From positions 23,717 to 87,716 of the forward strand of contig CAZOJE010000001.1 of the NCBI GenBank assembly GCA_964580065.1: a stretch of DNA of 64,000 bases, written 5' to 3'. Below, in pieces: positions 16,901-26,537 of this stretch. The stretch is from an uncultured Candidatus Saccharibacteria bacterium (GTDB lineage: Bacteria > Patescibacteriota > UBA1384 > DTJR01). The stretch's first letter is position 1. Each line of letters begins with the position of its first letter. The translations under genes and the position numbers were made by a program. The notes below the pieces were generated by a model. The model was not told the DNA's origin. It made no database searches and saw only the letters and a list, made by a program, of their open reading frames with translations.

Positions 16901-18039
16901 GTCGAGTAAATGTTGCCTTTTCACGAGCAAGGCAGCAAGTTCATATCGTCACAAGTTTACCGGTAGAAAAATGGTCGGATGGAATCTGGATTAAAAGATA
17001 TCTTGAACATGTTCAAAAAAATGGCGAGGTAGATTTTTTTGAAACTGAGCTGAAGCCATTCGACTCTAAATATGAAGAAGATTTCTATCAAGAGATTTTA
17101 CGAGCCAATTTCACAAAAGGTTATATTATCCAAAATCAAGTTGAAAGCTGTGGATTTAAAATCGATTTCGTTCTAACAAATGTAGATAATGGAAAACAGT
17201 TGGCAATTGAATGTGACGGACCAACCCATTTTGAAAGTGAAGATGAAGGCGTTTATGTTCAGAGCGATTTCGAAAGACAGGCAATACTAGAAAGCGCCGG
17301 CTGGGTTTTTTATAGAACTAATTATGCCGATTGGATAAATAGGAATTTTAATCGAGCAACAATCACAGACGATATAAGTAGACACTTCGAGCTTTCAATA
17401 TTCAATAGCGAAGAAGATGAATCCACCAAACCGAATAAGGAAAGTGGCGATGAAGTAATCGACATAGATGTTGATGATTTAGAGGCACCCGATCAAAACG
17501 TAAAAGAGGGGAAGATATTCTCCGACACCTCAACTAAACTACCGGAAAAGGCTTTGCATCCCGTTGAGATGAAGATTGAAACAAAGAAAACTCAAAAAGA
17601 AAAATTAAGCGAGAAGAAAGATCGTCCGCACGCGAATAGTTTTAAAGATATATTTAAGTTTCCATTAGGTGGTAAAAGGAAACTTGTGGTTTCATCGTTT
17701 AATGATGACGAAGATTTAATAATTACAGAATATATAGAAACAGATTCCTATACAGGATATACACAGAAAAACATTGTTTTAAGTAAGAAAGACATTTTCC
17801 AGTTTGTTACAAAGTCTAGAGAGGTAATAAAGGACTCTGGAGAAGAAACGGTCCCTTGGCGAGGAAATGAAAAAGAAAAAATTATGATACGAATGATTGA
17901 TGATTCTACTATTGATGTCAGACAATATTTGAATACCAGTTGGTATTCTGGTTATACCAAAAAGGGGTTTAGGCTCGATAGTAAGACGTGGTCTAAATTT
18001 CTTGATGTATTGGAAAAAACAATAAGCCTCACAGAATAA
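13924..18039 (+). CDS. SF1 (DNA2/NAM7-like) helicase + Vsr-like REase domain + tandem PC4-like domains
   Basis: EGPPGTGKSQT, DEASQ, VGD..Q, HYRS, IQGDEKD, RVNVAFSRAR; FDS.YE...IDF..LAIECDG..H; IDVRQY....GYTKKGFRL. Confidence 0.85.
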   Translation: MKEELKDIKSNIEIMNLIRYCQGYIKLVNPSFNRFRINSDPIEEKYLSTDILYQDSDEEDEFEINLTEFYENDPKNVPEEAKEEYAQQKELAQQLEQIKNRFNISEYTKQVNLNFGYFKVEVPEPEVDEFSEDDTEENKPKKKKSDIYPLFSLPIEVIVDRKFSIKLKDVNIIPNIGFLFDVLGEEKFYEFADFINKQEIEGALRLPIQKRTIDNIWAELKAKLKLSEAIFDEKSFDPDFFLVSLSGKSNYFLEQDFNSLLQLEETEFEDTSLSSWNTDDQLSIDEPVNERDGELFFPFPYNKDQVGVLSAIKNKACIVEGPPGTGKSQTIANLLCHFAANGKRVLFLSQKAQAIKVVKDYLKKLDVQYLYGYIPNRYSSLYNSEEERDGASISLQSIHLYLNSLAYDATDQTEEDPRSIKFEVEDKINETIEIERKIYSTYQEKEALEKYNIVALDFHKFNSSDDDEILQLLELDQTIDELKRQLDKYYSENSKYVIRLNKLFANIDTNNSHYSLAINGVINDIPQNAFERDGLIQNLKKQLIKNHLKKYTNTLPKEVYSFFQEIIDKSTSRAEKIKELNGLKDYFSFCENTIKNELDHVDFNGRLERIGLNQKSFNKLKKIVSSDQHGLENIRRYSQVHSEIEEIKLSNPNELNKYLHKIQDAEGKYIANYLQNIIINNLREITKNATIKGILARIAKSLQKSKKAYKTFDKFKNEPINFYVMREAVPIWIMDLEDVSRLIPLEKNLFDYVILDEASQCNIAYAMPAMFRAERAILVGDSEQMRDDSVRFKTNKSLEMLAKKFDIPDFLQIKAIGDSVQSIIDIGYKRGFMMKPLTYHYRSPKELIGFSNDNFYAPKGKKLKVINTNYLTYKDTNRVLVNHIIKPSKELDISSKSNIAEAKYICKLVEELKTDPKTKNKSIGVLSFFANQAALLRDMIKDEKIKVSIIEGIQGDEKDIIIYSMVICDPGQKRMYIPLTGEGGEINKGLNEGRVNVAFSRARQQVHIVTSLPVEKWSDGIWIKRYLEHVQKNGEVDFFETELKPFDSKYEEDFYQEILRANFTKGYIIQNQVESCGFKIDFVLTNVDNGKQLAIECDGPTHFESEDEGVYVQSDFERQAILESAGWVFYRTNYADWINRNFNRATITDDISRHFELSIFNSEEDESTKPNKESGDEVIDIDVDDLEAPDQNVKEGKIFSDTSTKLPEKALHPVEMKIETKKTQKEKLSEKKDRPHANSFKDIFKFPLGGKRKLVVSSFNDDEDLIITEYIETDSYTGYTQKNIVLSKKDIFQFVTKSREVIKDSGEETVPWRGNEKEKIMIRMIDDSTIDVRQYLNTSWYSGYTKKGFRLDSKTWSKFLDVLEKTISLTE

Positions 18040-18048
18040 AGGACAAAT

Positions 18049-18834
18049 ATGTGGTTCTGGATATTTGTAATCGGCGGCATAATTTTATATGCAATTGCTA
18101 ACTCTGGTAAGGAAAAGAGTAAACCAAATATTAGATATTCTTATAAAGTCAGTGAACCTAACTACAACACTGAATACTCATTTAAACCAGCGAAGCCGAG
18201 TGCGCTTCCAGAGAATGATCCCGTTATTGACGCACTGCGAGGATATATAGAGGCGGGCTGGGAAATAAAAATAAGATACTGCAATTCAAGCGGAACTACT
18301 ACTAGCAGAAGGATAAAACCTTTAGAAATTCTGGTATGGAACGGCCAGTATTATTTGAAGGCAGTCTGCCTATTAAGAGAGGAAGAAAGAACGTTTAAAA
18401 TTAAGAGAATACTCGCAATAAACGATGAGAGTATTGAAAAGAAAAGAGAGACAAAGGCTCAATTTATAAGAAGTAGGGTATTGCTTGTTGAAAAAAACGA
18501 GGAAATATTAGCTAGTTGTAAATCTTTTTTGAGAAAAAATAGAATTTCAACTTCAACCGCTCAAGATGGAATTTCAGCTTTAGACAAGGCCGAGAAAGGC
18601 AACTTCGATTTGATTTTCCTCAGTCAAAATATCCCATACGTTAGTGGAATTGAGGTACTCCGCAATATCAAAAAAAGAGGTTTGACTGGAGCGAAAGTAG
18701 TTATGGTAACAACTAAACCAGATGCAAAAATAAAGGAAGAGGCCGAGCGACTTGGTGTAAGCGACTACTTTGTGTTTTCGGATGATTCTAAGGAGGAGCT
18801 TACTTCTGCCCTGGAATATTTCTTATCACAATAA
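18049..18834 (+). CDS. TM + WYL + atypical receiver-domain protein
   Basis: IRY......T.R.IKP......YL.A.C.LR...R.FKI.RI; REC fold with FDLIFLSQNIP lacking the phospho-Asp. Confidence 0.8.
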   Translation: MWFWIFVIGGIILYAIANSGKEKSKPNIRYSYKVSEPNYNTEYSFKPAKPSALPENDPVIDALRGYIEAGWEIKIRYCNSSGTTTSRRIKPLEILVWNGQYYLKAVCLLREEERTFKIKRILAINDESIEKKRETKAQFIRSRVLLVEKNEEILASCKSFLRKNRISTSTAQDGISALDKAEKGNFDLIFLSQNIPYVSGIEVLRNIKKRGLTGAKVVMVTTKPDAKIKEEAERLGVSDYFVFSDDSKEELTSALEYFLSQ

Positions 18835-18840
18835 ATAATT

Positions 18841-20094
18841 ATGAATAAAATAATCCTACAAATATCTGAGCTCAATAAATTAATATCCGACCATATTAAT
18901 CATCTCGAGGAATTTGAGGTTGAAGCAGAAATTTCCGACTGGAGGCTGTTCGGTGGAAAGCTTTTCTATTTTAAGCTCAAAGACAAAAAATCATCCGTTT
19001 CCGCAATGACAAACATTTTTGAGTTAACAAACTGGAGAGATTTTGAGGATGGCATGTTGGTCCGCGCAAAAATTTCAATAAAGTTCAATCAGCTCAAAGG
19101 CACTCTCTATGCATGGGTCGAGGAAATGAACCCACACGGCGAAGGTGCTTTAAAGATAGCTTTCGAGAAGCTTAGAAAACGTCTCGAAACAGAGGGATTG
19201 TTTTCCCAAGAAAGAAAGAGGCATATTGTTCGTTACCCACAACGCTTAGGACTCATTACCTCCAAGGATGGTGCTGCAATCAAGGATTTCGAAAAGATAT
19301 TAAATTCGAGGATGGGAGGCCTGACTATTTATTTTCATCCCGTCAAAGTTGAAGGGAAAGATGCTGTTCCCAGCATTATTGAAGCTTTTTCTTATTTTAA
19401 CAATTTTAAAGAATCGCTTGATGCTATAGTTTTAATTCGAGGAGGCGGTAGTCTTGAAAATCTTCAGGTATTTAATGATGAGAGGATAGCCCGATGTGTT
19501 GCGGGTTCTCGTTACCCAGTCATTTGTGGGGTTGGCCACGAGCATGATGTAAGTTTGTGTGATTTGTGTGCTGACGTTAGAGCTTCGACACCGTCCAATG
19601 CAGCTGAATTGCTTGTCGAGAACAAGGTCCATACACAGAAGATTATAGACACATCGTTAGATAAAATCAGGGGCATCATCAAATTCAAAATTGGTGGAAC
19701 CTCCCAGCAAATAGAGAGCCATTTATTGTTAATCAGCCACTCCATCAAGAACGAACTTCAAAGTAAAAAACTTATCGTTATCGAAATTAATTCTTCGCTT
19801 TTTCGTTATAAATCACAATTTAGTAATTTTGAGCAACAAATTTCTCAATCAGTTGTATCGATATCAAGAGTATTTGTTCACAGATTAGATATTTCTAAAC
19901 AATACCTCGCTCAAACAGCTGTTTTTCTTAAATCGGTAAGTCCTAAAAATATAATGGCAATGGGATATTCTGTTGTCAAAGACGAAAAACAAAAAATCGT
20001 ACGAGACTCCGAACAGTTAGAAATAGAATCTAACTTATGCGCCTACTTTTTAAAGGGGTCTATTAAAGCTAAAGTAATTAAGAAAGGGGTATAA
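18841..20094 (+). CDS. xseA: Exodeoxyribonuclease VII large subunit
   Basis: ITSKDGAAIKD, IRGGGSLE, CGVGHEHD, ADVRASTPSNAAE. Confidence 0.93.
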   Translation: MNKIILQISELNKLISDHINHLEEFEVEAEISDWRLFGGKLFYFKLKDKKSSVSAMTNIFELTNWRDFEDGMLVRAKISIKFNQLKGTLYAWVEEMNPHGEGALKIAFEKLRKRLETEGLFSQERKRHIVRYPQRLGLITSKDGAAIKDFEKILNSRMGGLTIYFHPVKVEGKDAVPSIIEAFSYFNNFKESLDAIVLIRGGGSLENLQVFNDERIARCVAGSRYPVICGVGHEHDVSLCDLCADVRASTPSNAAELLVENKVHTQKIIDTSLDKIRGIIKFKIGGTSQQIESHLLLISHSIKNELQSKKLIVIEINSSLFRYKSQFSNFEQQISQSVVSISRVFVHRLDISKQYLAQTAVFLKSVSPKNIMAMGYSVVKDEKQKIVRDSEQLEIESNLCAYFLKGSIKAKVIKKGV

Positions 20095-20095
20095 A

Positions 20096-20296
20096 ATGCC
20101 AGAAGAAAAGACTTTTGCAGAAAAAATGAAAGAATTAGATACTATAAAGGAAAAATTTGAATCGGGAAATTTCGATTTAGAGAAAGATTTGCCGTTATAT
20201 AAGAGAGCTGTTCAGCTTGCTACCGATTTAAAAGAGCATCTGAATAAGCTCGAGAATGAGATTATAGAGATCGAAGCAAAAAAGGAAAATGAATAA
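20096..20296 (+). CDS. xseB: Exodeoxyribonuclease VII small subunit
   Basis: TFAEKMKELD.I...FESG..DLE..L..YKRA; follows xseA. Confidence 0.85.
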   Translation: MPEEKTFAEKMKELDTIKEKFESGNFDLEKDLPLYKRAVQLATDLKEHLNKLENEIIEIEAKKENE

Positions 20297-21830
20297 AAAA
20301 GATAAAAAGATAACAGCTTCCATTCTTTATGACTATGTTCAGTGCCCACACAAAGTATGGCGGGATGTTTATGGTCCACAAAATGAGAAAATCATCGAGC
20401 CAAATCCTTTTGTAGAGTTGCTATGGCGGAAGGGTATACAACACGAAAAAAGGGTTGTGTTGACCTTTGGCGAATATCTTGATTTAAGTAAGGGAACCCT
20501 GGATGAGCGAATCTCAAAAACCATCGAAGCTCTCAGGGATGAAGTGCCATTGATTTATCAAGGGGTATTAAAACATGAAAATTTACTTGGAATACCCGAC
20601 CTCTTGAAACGCCAGTCTGACGGATCATACATTCCTATCGACATTAAGTCTGGTTCAGCCTTTGAAGGTGGAAGTGATGATGGCGCTGGGGATGAGGGTA
20701 AACCAAGATTACATTATGCAATTCAGCTCTGCTTGTATAATGAACTGTTAAAGAAACTTGGATTTGCAGAGCATGATAAAGGTCAAGTGATCGATATACA
20801 TCACGACCAGGTTGAATATGATCTATCGGCGCCCAAAGGATTAAGAGATAAGACGACTTGGTGGAAAAATTACGAAAAGATAAAAACTGATGTTAGGTTA
20901 CTTATGCTGGACCAGACAAAAAATAAGCCGTCTTATTCGAGTAAATGCAAGTTGTGCCCCTGGTATCAAAGTTGCAAGAGGTGGTGCAAAGAAAATAATG
21001 ATCTGACGAATATTTTTGACATGGGAAGAGCTAGTAGGGATAGAATAAACGAAGACCTCTATATCGAAAATTTAAATGATTTAATGTCGATTGATATTGC
21101 TTCGATAATGCAACAAAAAGAACAAGAAAAAAAGGCAGGAAATAAAACTTTTCTATTTAACATTTCCGACAACACCCTGAAGAAGGCTGTTGAAAGAGCG
21201 AGAATCTCTTTAATAACTAAGATTCCTGTATTATACGAACCGATTGATTTTCCCGATGTGAGTTATGAACTTTTTTTTGACATTGAAGATGATCCGACTC
21301 AGGAATTTGTATATTTACACGGTGTCTATGAGAGAAGAAACGGCGCAGAGCGTTTTCTAGATTTTACGGCTAAAGAAATTAGTCCTGAGGCCGAAAAAGA
21401 GGCATGGGCCAACTTTTGGAAGTATATTGACTCGCTACCACAAGATGATTTTACGGTTTACTATTACACGCATCATGAAAAGACAACATATACCAAAATG
21501 CAAAAGCTCTATCCGGATGTGATATCAGCGGAAAAGATTGAGAATTTTTTTTCAAATCCTAACGTGATCGATTTGTACAAAGTTGTACGATCAAAGACAA
21601 ACTGGCCTGTACCAAGTTATTCACTCAAAGAGATTGCGGTTTACCTCGGCTTTGAATGGCGCGATGAAACACCTTCTGGCGCACTCTCCATCCAGTGGTT
21701 TAATGAGTATATAGAGAAGAAAGATCCTAAGATGTTGGAGAGAATACTGCTCTATAACGAAGATGACTGTAAAGCAACGTTAGTTATTAAGGATGCAATT
21801 AGTAAGTTAAATAATGAGTTGGCTAAGTAA
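20289..21830 (+). CDS. TM0106-family RecB-like nuclease with RNase H-like C-terminal domain
   Basis: GIPDLL...YIPIDIKS...QL..Y, CKLCPW, FFDIE, SYSLK, YNEDDC.AT. Confidence 0.87.
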   Translation: MNKKDKKITASILYDYVQCPHKVWRDVYGPQNEKIIEPNPFVELLWRKGIQHEKRVVLTFGEYLDLSKGTLDERISKTIEALRDEVPLIYQGVLKHENLLGIPDLLKRQSDGSYIPIDIKSGSAFEGGSDDGAGDEGKPRLHYAIQLCLYNELLKKLGFAEHDKGQVIDIHHDQVEYDLSAPKGLRDKTTWWKNYEKIKTDVRLLMLDQTKNKPSYSSKCKLCPWYQSCKRWCKENNDLTNIFDMGRASRDRINEDLYIENLNDLMSIDIASIMQQKEQEKKAGNKTFLFNISDNTLKKAVERARISLITKIPVLYEPIDFPDVSYELFFDIEDDPTQEFVYLHGVYERRNGAERFLDFTAKEISPEAEKEAWANFWKYIDSLPQDDFTVYYYTHHEKTTYTKMQKLYPDVISAEKIENFFSNPNVIDLYKVVRSKTNWPVPSYSLKEIAVYLGFEWRDETPSGALSIQWFNEYIEKKDPKMLERILLYNEDDCKATLVIKDAISKLNNELAK

Positions 21831-22785
21831 TTTATTTTCGAGCGAACCTGCTAAAACAAATCAAAACGCTGTTTGCGTTACTAAAAGCGAAATAATTGCT
21901 GGCTCGAGATTTTCTATACCCGAGCCAACTAGGTCGTTGGTTTTTGTAACTGATGATTCTCCCGATAAAGCCCAAGCTCTAGGGCCATCAATAAGGATTA
22001 CTTTCAATCTGGGTAGTCTTGAAACCGAACGGGAGGTTGAAGAAGGAAATATTTTTTCCGAACCTAGCCTAATATGGACAAGACTTCCAATAAAACCAAA
22101 TAGTGATTTAGAAGATAAGCCAATGTATTATCCATGCTATGTCCATCTAAATCCTCTGCAGAGATATCAGTATCTTAGTTGGCTTCAGGACGTTACCAAG
22201 AAGACAAATTTGAGCTATGTCTTTTTATATTATTATGGTCTCGAAAGGCACCTATTGATCGGTGACTATGATAAAGCAGTTGATGAAATACTTAGATTAA
22301 TTAAATATCATGATCATGATAAATTTCGCTACTATGTAATTACACCACTTATCGTTGCCAGCCTGTACAGAAAGAGGGTGGATGTATTCAAAAAGGCTGA
22401 CTTTTTGTCTCGCGAGGTTTCCAATGAAGCACTGATCATGCGAGCCCTACAGAATATTCACTTAAATGCTGATGACTTGATCAAATTATCTTCATCGGTC
22501 GGGTTTAGAAATAAGAGGTATATTCATCAGAAGCCAGAATTATTTAAAGAAATTCTGATTGAAAAAATGCAAGAAGATGAAGCAAAAAGCGTCCCCATTC
22601 TCAATAGGTTCGAAATAAGTCAGCTCCAAAAGGAAAAAATATCTGCTTTTTGCAATCTATCGATCCCGGAGAGATTCAAAAAGCTTGAGACTCCCCAGCT
22701 CTTAAGGAATAAGCGCTTTGAAAAATTAATTTTCAACTTAATAACCGAAACTCACGCAGAAGTGAAGATCAGAAAAGAAGTATAA
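21814..22785 (+). CDS. TerB N-terminal-domain protein
   Basis: MYYP.Y..L.P.QRYQYL.WL.......YVFLYYYGLER. Confidence 0.8.
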   Translation: MSWLSNLFSSEPAKTNQNAVCVTKSEIIAGSRFSIPEPTRSLVFVTDDSPDKAQALGPSIRITFNLGSLETEREVEEGNIFSEPSLIWTRLPIKPNSDLEDKPMYYPCYVHLNPLQRYQYLSWLQDVTKKTNLSYVFLYYYGLERHLLIGDYDKAVDEILRLIKYHDHDKFRYYVITPLIVASLYRKRVDVFKKADFLSREVSNEALIMRALQNIHLNADDLIKLSSSVGFRNKRYIHQKPELFKEILIEKMQEDEAKSVPILNRFEISQLQKEKISAFCNLSIPERFKKLETPQLLRNKRFEKLIFNLITETHAEVKIRKEV

Positions 22786-22814
22786 CCAATTCAAAGCAAG
22801 AACAGGAGTTAAAG

Positions 22815-24413
22815 TCAAGATCTCCTATATGGCAGCCCATCTGACCCGAACTCAATCGAAGAGCTTTTGCCCGGTCCCCAAGGATGGCGATTTAATCTCT
22901 TGAACATCTCTCGATCGTCTTTGTCTCCCCAATCCTCGCCTCGTCTTTTTCCTAAAGTTCCACTAATTAGGCCATTGGTCTCAACAAACAGGACGCCACA
23001 ATTACTTGGCATTTTCTCAATTAGTCCAAGAATTAAGATGCTAAATGCATCTGCCATGTCATCATGTCTTGTTCTACCGAAATCCACGAGTTGCTTGATC
23101 AGTTCTTCGCAGCCATTTCGGGGAAAATACACTTTGCTCTGGTAAACCTTATTGGCAGCAAGTTCGAGGCGTTCTCTTTTATCTTTGCCTCTAATTTTGA
23201 CTCCAACTGCATCGATGTTGCGCTCCCTTAACTGTTGAGTCACATAGCCCTGAAGCATCGTATCTTCAACATAAAACTTATTGCTGAATCTGCCATCGTG
23301 TACTTTGCAGATATCCTCGGCACGCTCCAGAATTTCAGTAAATTTCAGGCGTGCATTGACGGGGTTTGGCAAGATATAAACTTCAAAGTTATCGCCCGAT
23401 CCAACAACTTTTGCCGAAACAAGCGAGGTAAAATCAGCTGTCGCTTTTTCGCTAATTGCCAAGTCAATTCCGGTGGCGAAACTATAGGATTGATTTCGTA
23501 AGTTTTCTGGCAGTTTATCGTAGTATTGAATCTTGTCTTCGGTAATGACACGCTCTCTGTCATCAATAATGTGAAGCAGATATTCTTTATTCCATGTTTT
23601 TTCGTCTCCAACTCGGAGTCGTTCATCTTCGACTGCCTTCAAATCCTCGTACTTTCCAGGCCAGGCAATATTGTCATACTCATCAAGAAGCGGATATTTT
23701 CTGAATATTCCCGAGAGCTTCTCGTGGACAATAAGATTTTCAAGACGCTTCAGTAAGCTGTCTTCGTGAAGCAGATTACCGACTATTATGATTTTAGTTC
23801 CCTTATCACCGAGAGGGAACACTTCGCTCGTTAACCAGTTGAAAGTACTCTCTCTGGCTTCCTGTGTTTTCACCGAATCTGTGTTCTCAACATCGTCAGC
23901 TACTATCAGGTCCGGGCGATATCGGCCGTGTCTGATGCCGCGAAAACTTTGATCCTTGGATACGGCAATGATTTTGGCGTTGTACCGGGGAATAACTAAA
24001 CTACAATTATTCCACTCATCGGTTTCTTGAAAGGGACCAAGATCACGCTTCAATAAGTCGTTTGTTTCAAGCTCGCGTTTTAAGTTTTTGAAGTGAAGTT
24101 TGGCCTGTTCGGCAGTCTGCGAGATTAATACCACAAACTTCTTTTGTGGACGTCCAACAACGGCCCAGATTGGATAGCTTAGAGTCATAAGCGTTGATTT
24201 GGCTGATCCGCGAAAACTACATATAGCGGCGAGACTTATATCATCTCGCTCAGTAATCGCAAACATTTCTTTGTGAAATTCTGCAATTTTGTACTGAACG
24301 AATGAACTTAAGTAGGTGTGAAAGAACCATACATGGCTTTTCTTGGTTAGATCTGCCCTTGTTGCTTGGTTTTTGATGATTTTACTTATTTGGTTTTTCT
24401 TTTTTCTTTTCAT
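22815..24413 (-). CDS. Phage terminase large subunit-like protein
   Basis: FRGSAKST Walker A variant, RPDLIVADDVE, GIDLAIS...ADF, HDDMADA. Confidence 0.85.
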   Translation of the reverse strand: MKRKKKNQISKIIKNQATRADLTKKSHVWFFHTYLSSFVQYKIAEFHKEMFAITERDDISLAAICSFRGSAKSTLMTLSYPIWAVVGRPQKKFVVLISQTAEQAKLHFKNLKRELETNDLLKRDLGPFQETDEWNNCSLVIPRYNAKIIAVSKDQSFRGIRHGRYRPDLIVADDVENTDSVKTQEARESTFNWLTSEVFPLGDKGTKIIIVGNLLHEDSLLKRLENLIVHEKLSGIFRKYPLLDEYDNIAWPGKYEDLKAVEDERLRVGDEKTWNKEYLLHIIDDRERVITEDKIQYYDKLPENLRNQSYSFATGIDLAISEKATADFTSLVSAKVVGSGDNFEVYILPNPVNARLKFTEILERAEDICKVHDGRFSNKFYVEDTMLQGYVTQQLRERNIDAVGVKIRGKDKRERLELAANKVYQSKVYFPRNGCEELIKQLVDFGRTRHDDMADAFSILILGLIEKMPSNCGVLFVETNGLISGTLGKRRGEDWGDKDDREMFKRLNRHPWGPGKSSSIEFGSDGLPYRRS

Positions 24414-24834
24414 TTTCCTCTCCTTTGGAAGTAATGAGCGTGGCCAGTTCTAGTGCTTTCATAATGCTCTCTTCCTGCTCCTTAGTTAACTCATCTTTTT
24501 TGATTTCTAGACCACCCGATACCTCAAGTTTATTCTTGTAGGCGTTGTGGCGGTGATTGAGCCAATACATCACAGCGGTCAGATTATTATCTTTCATCGC
24601 TGTAATGAGCTTGCTTTCTGCCAAATCATTTATGAATTGGCAACCCTCCTCAATTGCTTTATCACTTGAAGCAGCAAATTTTTTGCTTGCTTTTCGCCAG
24701 CGATAATATGTATTTCGACTGATACCAACTTTTTGGCAAGCGACTTCGATAATTGGGGTTTTGCTGAATTGCTCAACTAGGGTTTTTTGATTTTGCGCAG
24801 TTCTGATCTGAATCTTCGAATCTACATCACTCAT
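24382..24834 (-). CDS. HTH protein, probable terminase small subunit
   Basis: IEVACQKVGISRNTYYRWRK...D.AESKL......A..YWL. Confidence 0.75.
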   Translation of the reverse strand: MSDVDSKIQIRTAQNQKTLVEQFSKTPIIEVACQKVGISRNTYYRWRKASKKFAASSDKAIEEGCQFINDLAESKLITAMKDNNLTAVMYWLNHRHNAYKNKLEVSGGLEIKKDELTKEQEESIMKALELATLITSKGEENEKKKEKPNK

Positions 24835-26159
24835 TTTGCCTTCTTGATCAGCTCTGACTTTTGCCCGGTGAATTTTTCCCAACGATTTCTAATCACCTCG
24901 GCATAGATCGGACACTTTTCCATTACATAACAGCGACGCTTGAGTGTTTCCGCAGCAATCAAGGTGCTTCCAGATCCGCCGAAGGGTTCGATAATAAGGT
25001 CATCTCTTTTGGTGAGAACCTTGATGTACGGAATGAGGATTTCAACAGGTTTTGTGCCGAAAATAATCGCTTGCCCCGTACTTTTCTCATCGCCAGCTTT
25101 CGATTCAATCACATCGGTGGGACAATACTGCTTGCCTTTTTCATATCCTTCCCACTGAGCATCGCCCGATGTGGCAAACAGTGCCGTCTGATACTCATTT
25201 TGCAGCAGCTCTTCTTCGGGTTCAAGATTCAACTGTTTACCGGGCGTTGTACCAACTACTGCGATGTCATATTTAGAGAAGAATTTGTGCTTAGCGGAAT
25301 ATCCTTGATTTCTATTTGGAATTTTCCAAATAATCATATTGCGGATAGTCCAAAATTTTTCCATCGCTCCCCATAGCTCACGGACATTTTTCCAGTTCTC
25401 AAAGGCAATGATATTGAAGTTTTCATTTTGGACCTTGGCAACGTTGGCCGTCCAGAGTTCAATGAAATCAGGCGGAAGCTCGTCAGTACCAATATATTTT
25501 CTGTTTTTCTTGGCTCCGAACCCGTCTGTCGGTTTGCCGTGACGCTTTCCCTGGAGGTAATTGAGAACATATGGCTCATCAGTGAAACACATGTCGGCTT
25601 TCTCGCCATTCATTAGCTTGATAATGTCATCTTCTACCATGCTGTTTCCGCACATCAACCTGTTTTTGCCGAGGATGTATGTATCTCCCGGTTCAATTTC
25701 TATCTTTGAAATCTTGAGCTTTTCAAGTTCACGATTTACGTCGAATTGTTCTGGCTCTGTTTCGATATCAAAGATATCGTCAAGTTCTTCCGAATCAAAT
25801 CCGACATCAGCTAGAAATCTTTCGTCAAATTCGGCGAGAAGTTTGAAGTCAAATTCTCCCGTGTTGCGATTTAATCGCAAGTTGAGCTCTTTTTCTTTTT
25901 CGATGTCTGCGATATCGACATAGACAACAGGAACTTTTTCAATTCCAATTTCTTTGGCTGCGACAACTCTCATGTGCGCACCAATTATTATATTCTTGCG
26001 ATTTGGATTTGAGTTGACGATCGCTGGATCAACGAATCCAAATTTCTTGATACTTTCCTTCAGGTCAGAAAGTTGTTTATCATTCCATTTTCTTGGATTG
26101 TAATCGCTAGCGATCAAATCCTTAGTTGATACATATTCTATTTTGTGTGTGTTGTTCAT
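24831..26159 (-). CDS. ParB-N domain + N6/N4 DNA methyltransferase
   Basis: YNPR, FGFVDP, H.RV.AA; FTDEPY (DPPY variant), TKPVE, EPFGGSGSTLIAA. Confidence 0.87.
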   Translation of the reverse strand: MNNTHKIEYVSTKDLIASDYNPRKWNDKQLSDLKESIKKFGFVDPAIVNSNPNRKNIIIGAHMRVVAAKEIGIEKVPVVYVDIADIEKEKELNLRLNRNTGEFDFKLLAEFDERFLADVGFDSEELDDIFDIETEPEQFDVNRELEKLKISKIEIEPGDTYILGKNRLMCGNSMVEDDIIKLMNGEKADMCFTDEPYVLNYLQGKRHGKPTDGFGAKKNRKYIGTDELPPDFIELWTANVAKVQNENFNIIAFENWKNVRELWGAMEKFWTIRNMIIWKIPNRNQGYSAKHKFFSKYDIAVVGTTPGKQLNLEPEEELLQNEYQTALFATSGDAQWEGYEKGKQYCPTDVIESKAGDEKSTGQAIIFGTKPVEILIPYIKVLTKRDDLIIEPFGGSGSTLIAAETLKRRCYVMEKCPIYAEVIRNRWEKFTGQKSELIKKAK

Positions 26160-26366
26160 AGATACTCCTTATTTTTTAGTTAATAACAAAAAACCCACAC
26201 TTGATGGTGTGGTTTTGTAGGCTCGACCCTTAAATACAAAAACACACCTAACTCGCGATAACTAAATTCGCCTTTAGTTGTGCTTTTGCAGTTCTGGGGT
26301 TTCCTTACTGTGCAAAAACTATTTTCTTAATTTTCAATTTACATTCAAATAATACTCTACTACTGC

Positions 26367-26537
26367 TTACCGTTTTTTGTCAAGTTTTTGTTTGCTAATA
26401 TTCTCAATGGCCTTAGTAAATATCATATCGAATGCTTGTTCGATGTTCCAGTCAGCCCTTGCTTTCTCTTCCGGACTTAAAGAGTCGTAAATATTTTCGT
26501 AAACGATTTCAAGTTTCTTCGGCTTTTTCTTTTTCAT
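26367..26537 (-). CDS. Small hypothetical protein (56 aa)
   Basis: MKKKKPKKLEIVYENIYDSLSPEEKARADWNIEQAFDMIF..., read manually; overlaps upstream ORF end. Confidence 0.4.
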   Translation of the reverse strand: MKKKKPKKLEIVYENIYDSLSPEEKARADWNIEQAFDMIFTKAIENISKQKLDKKR

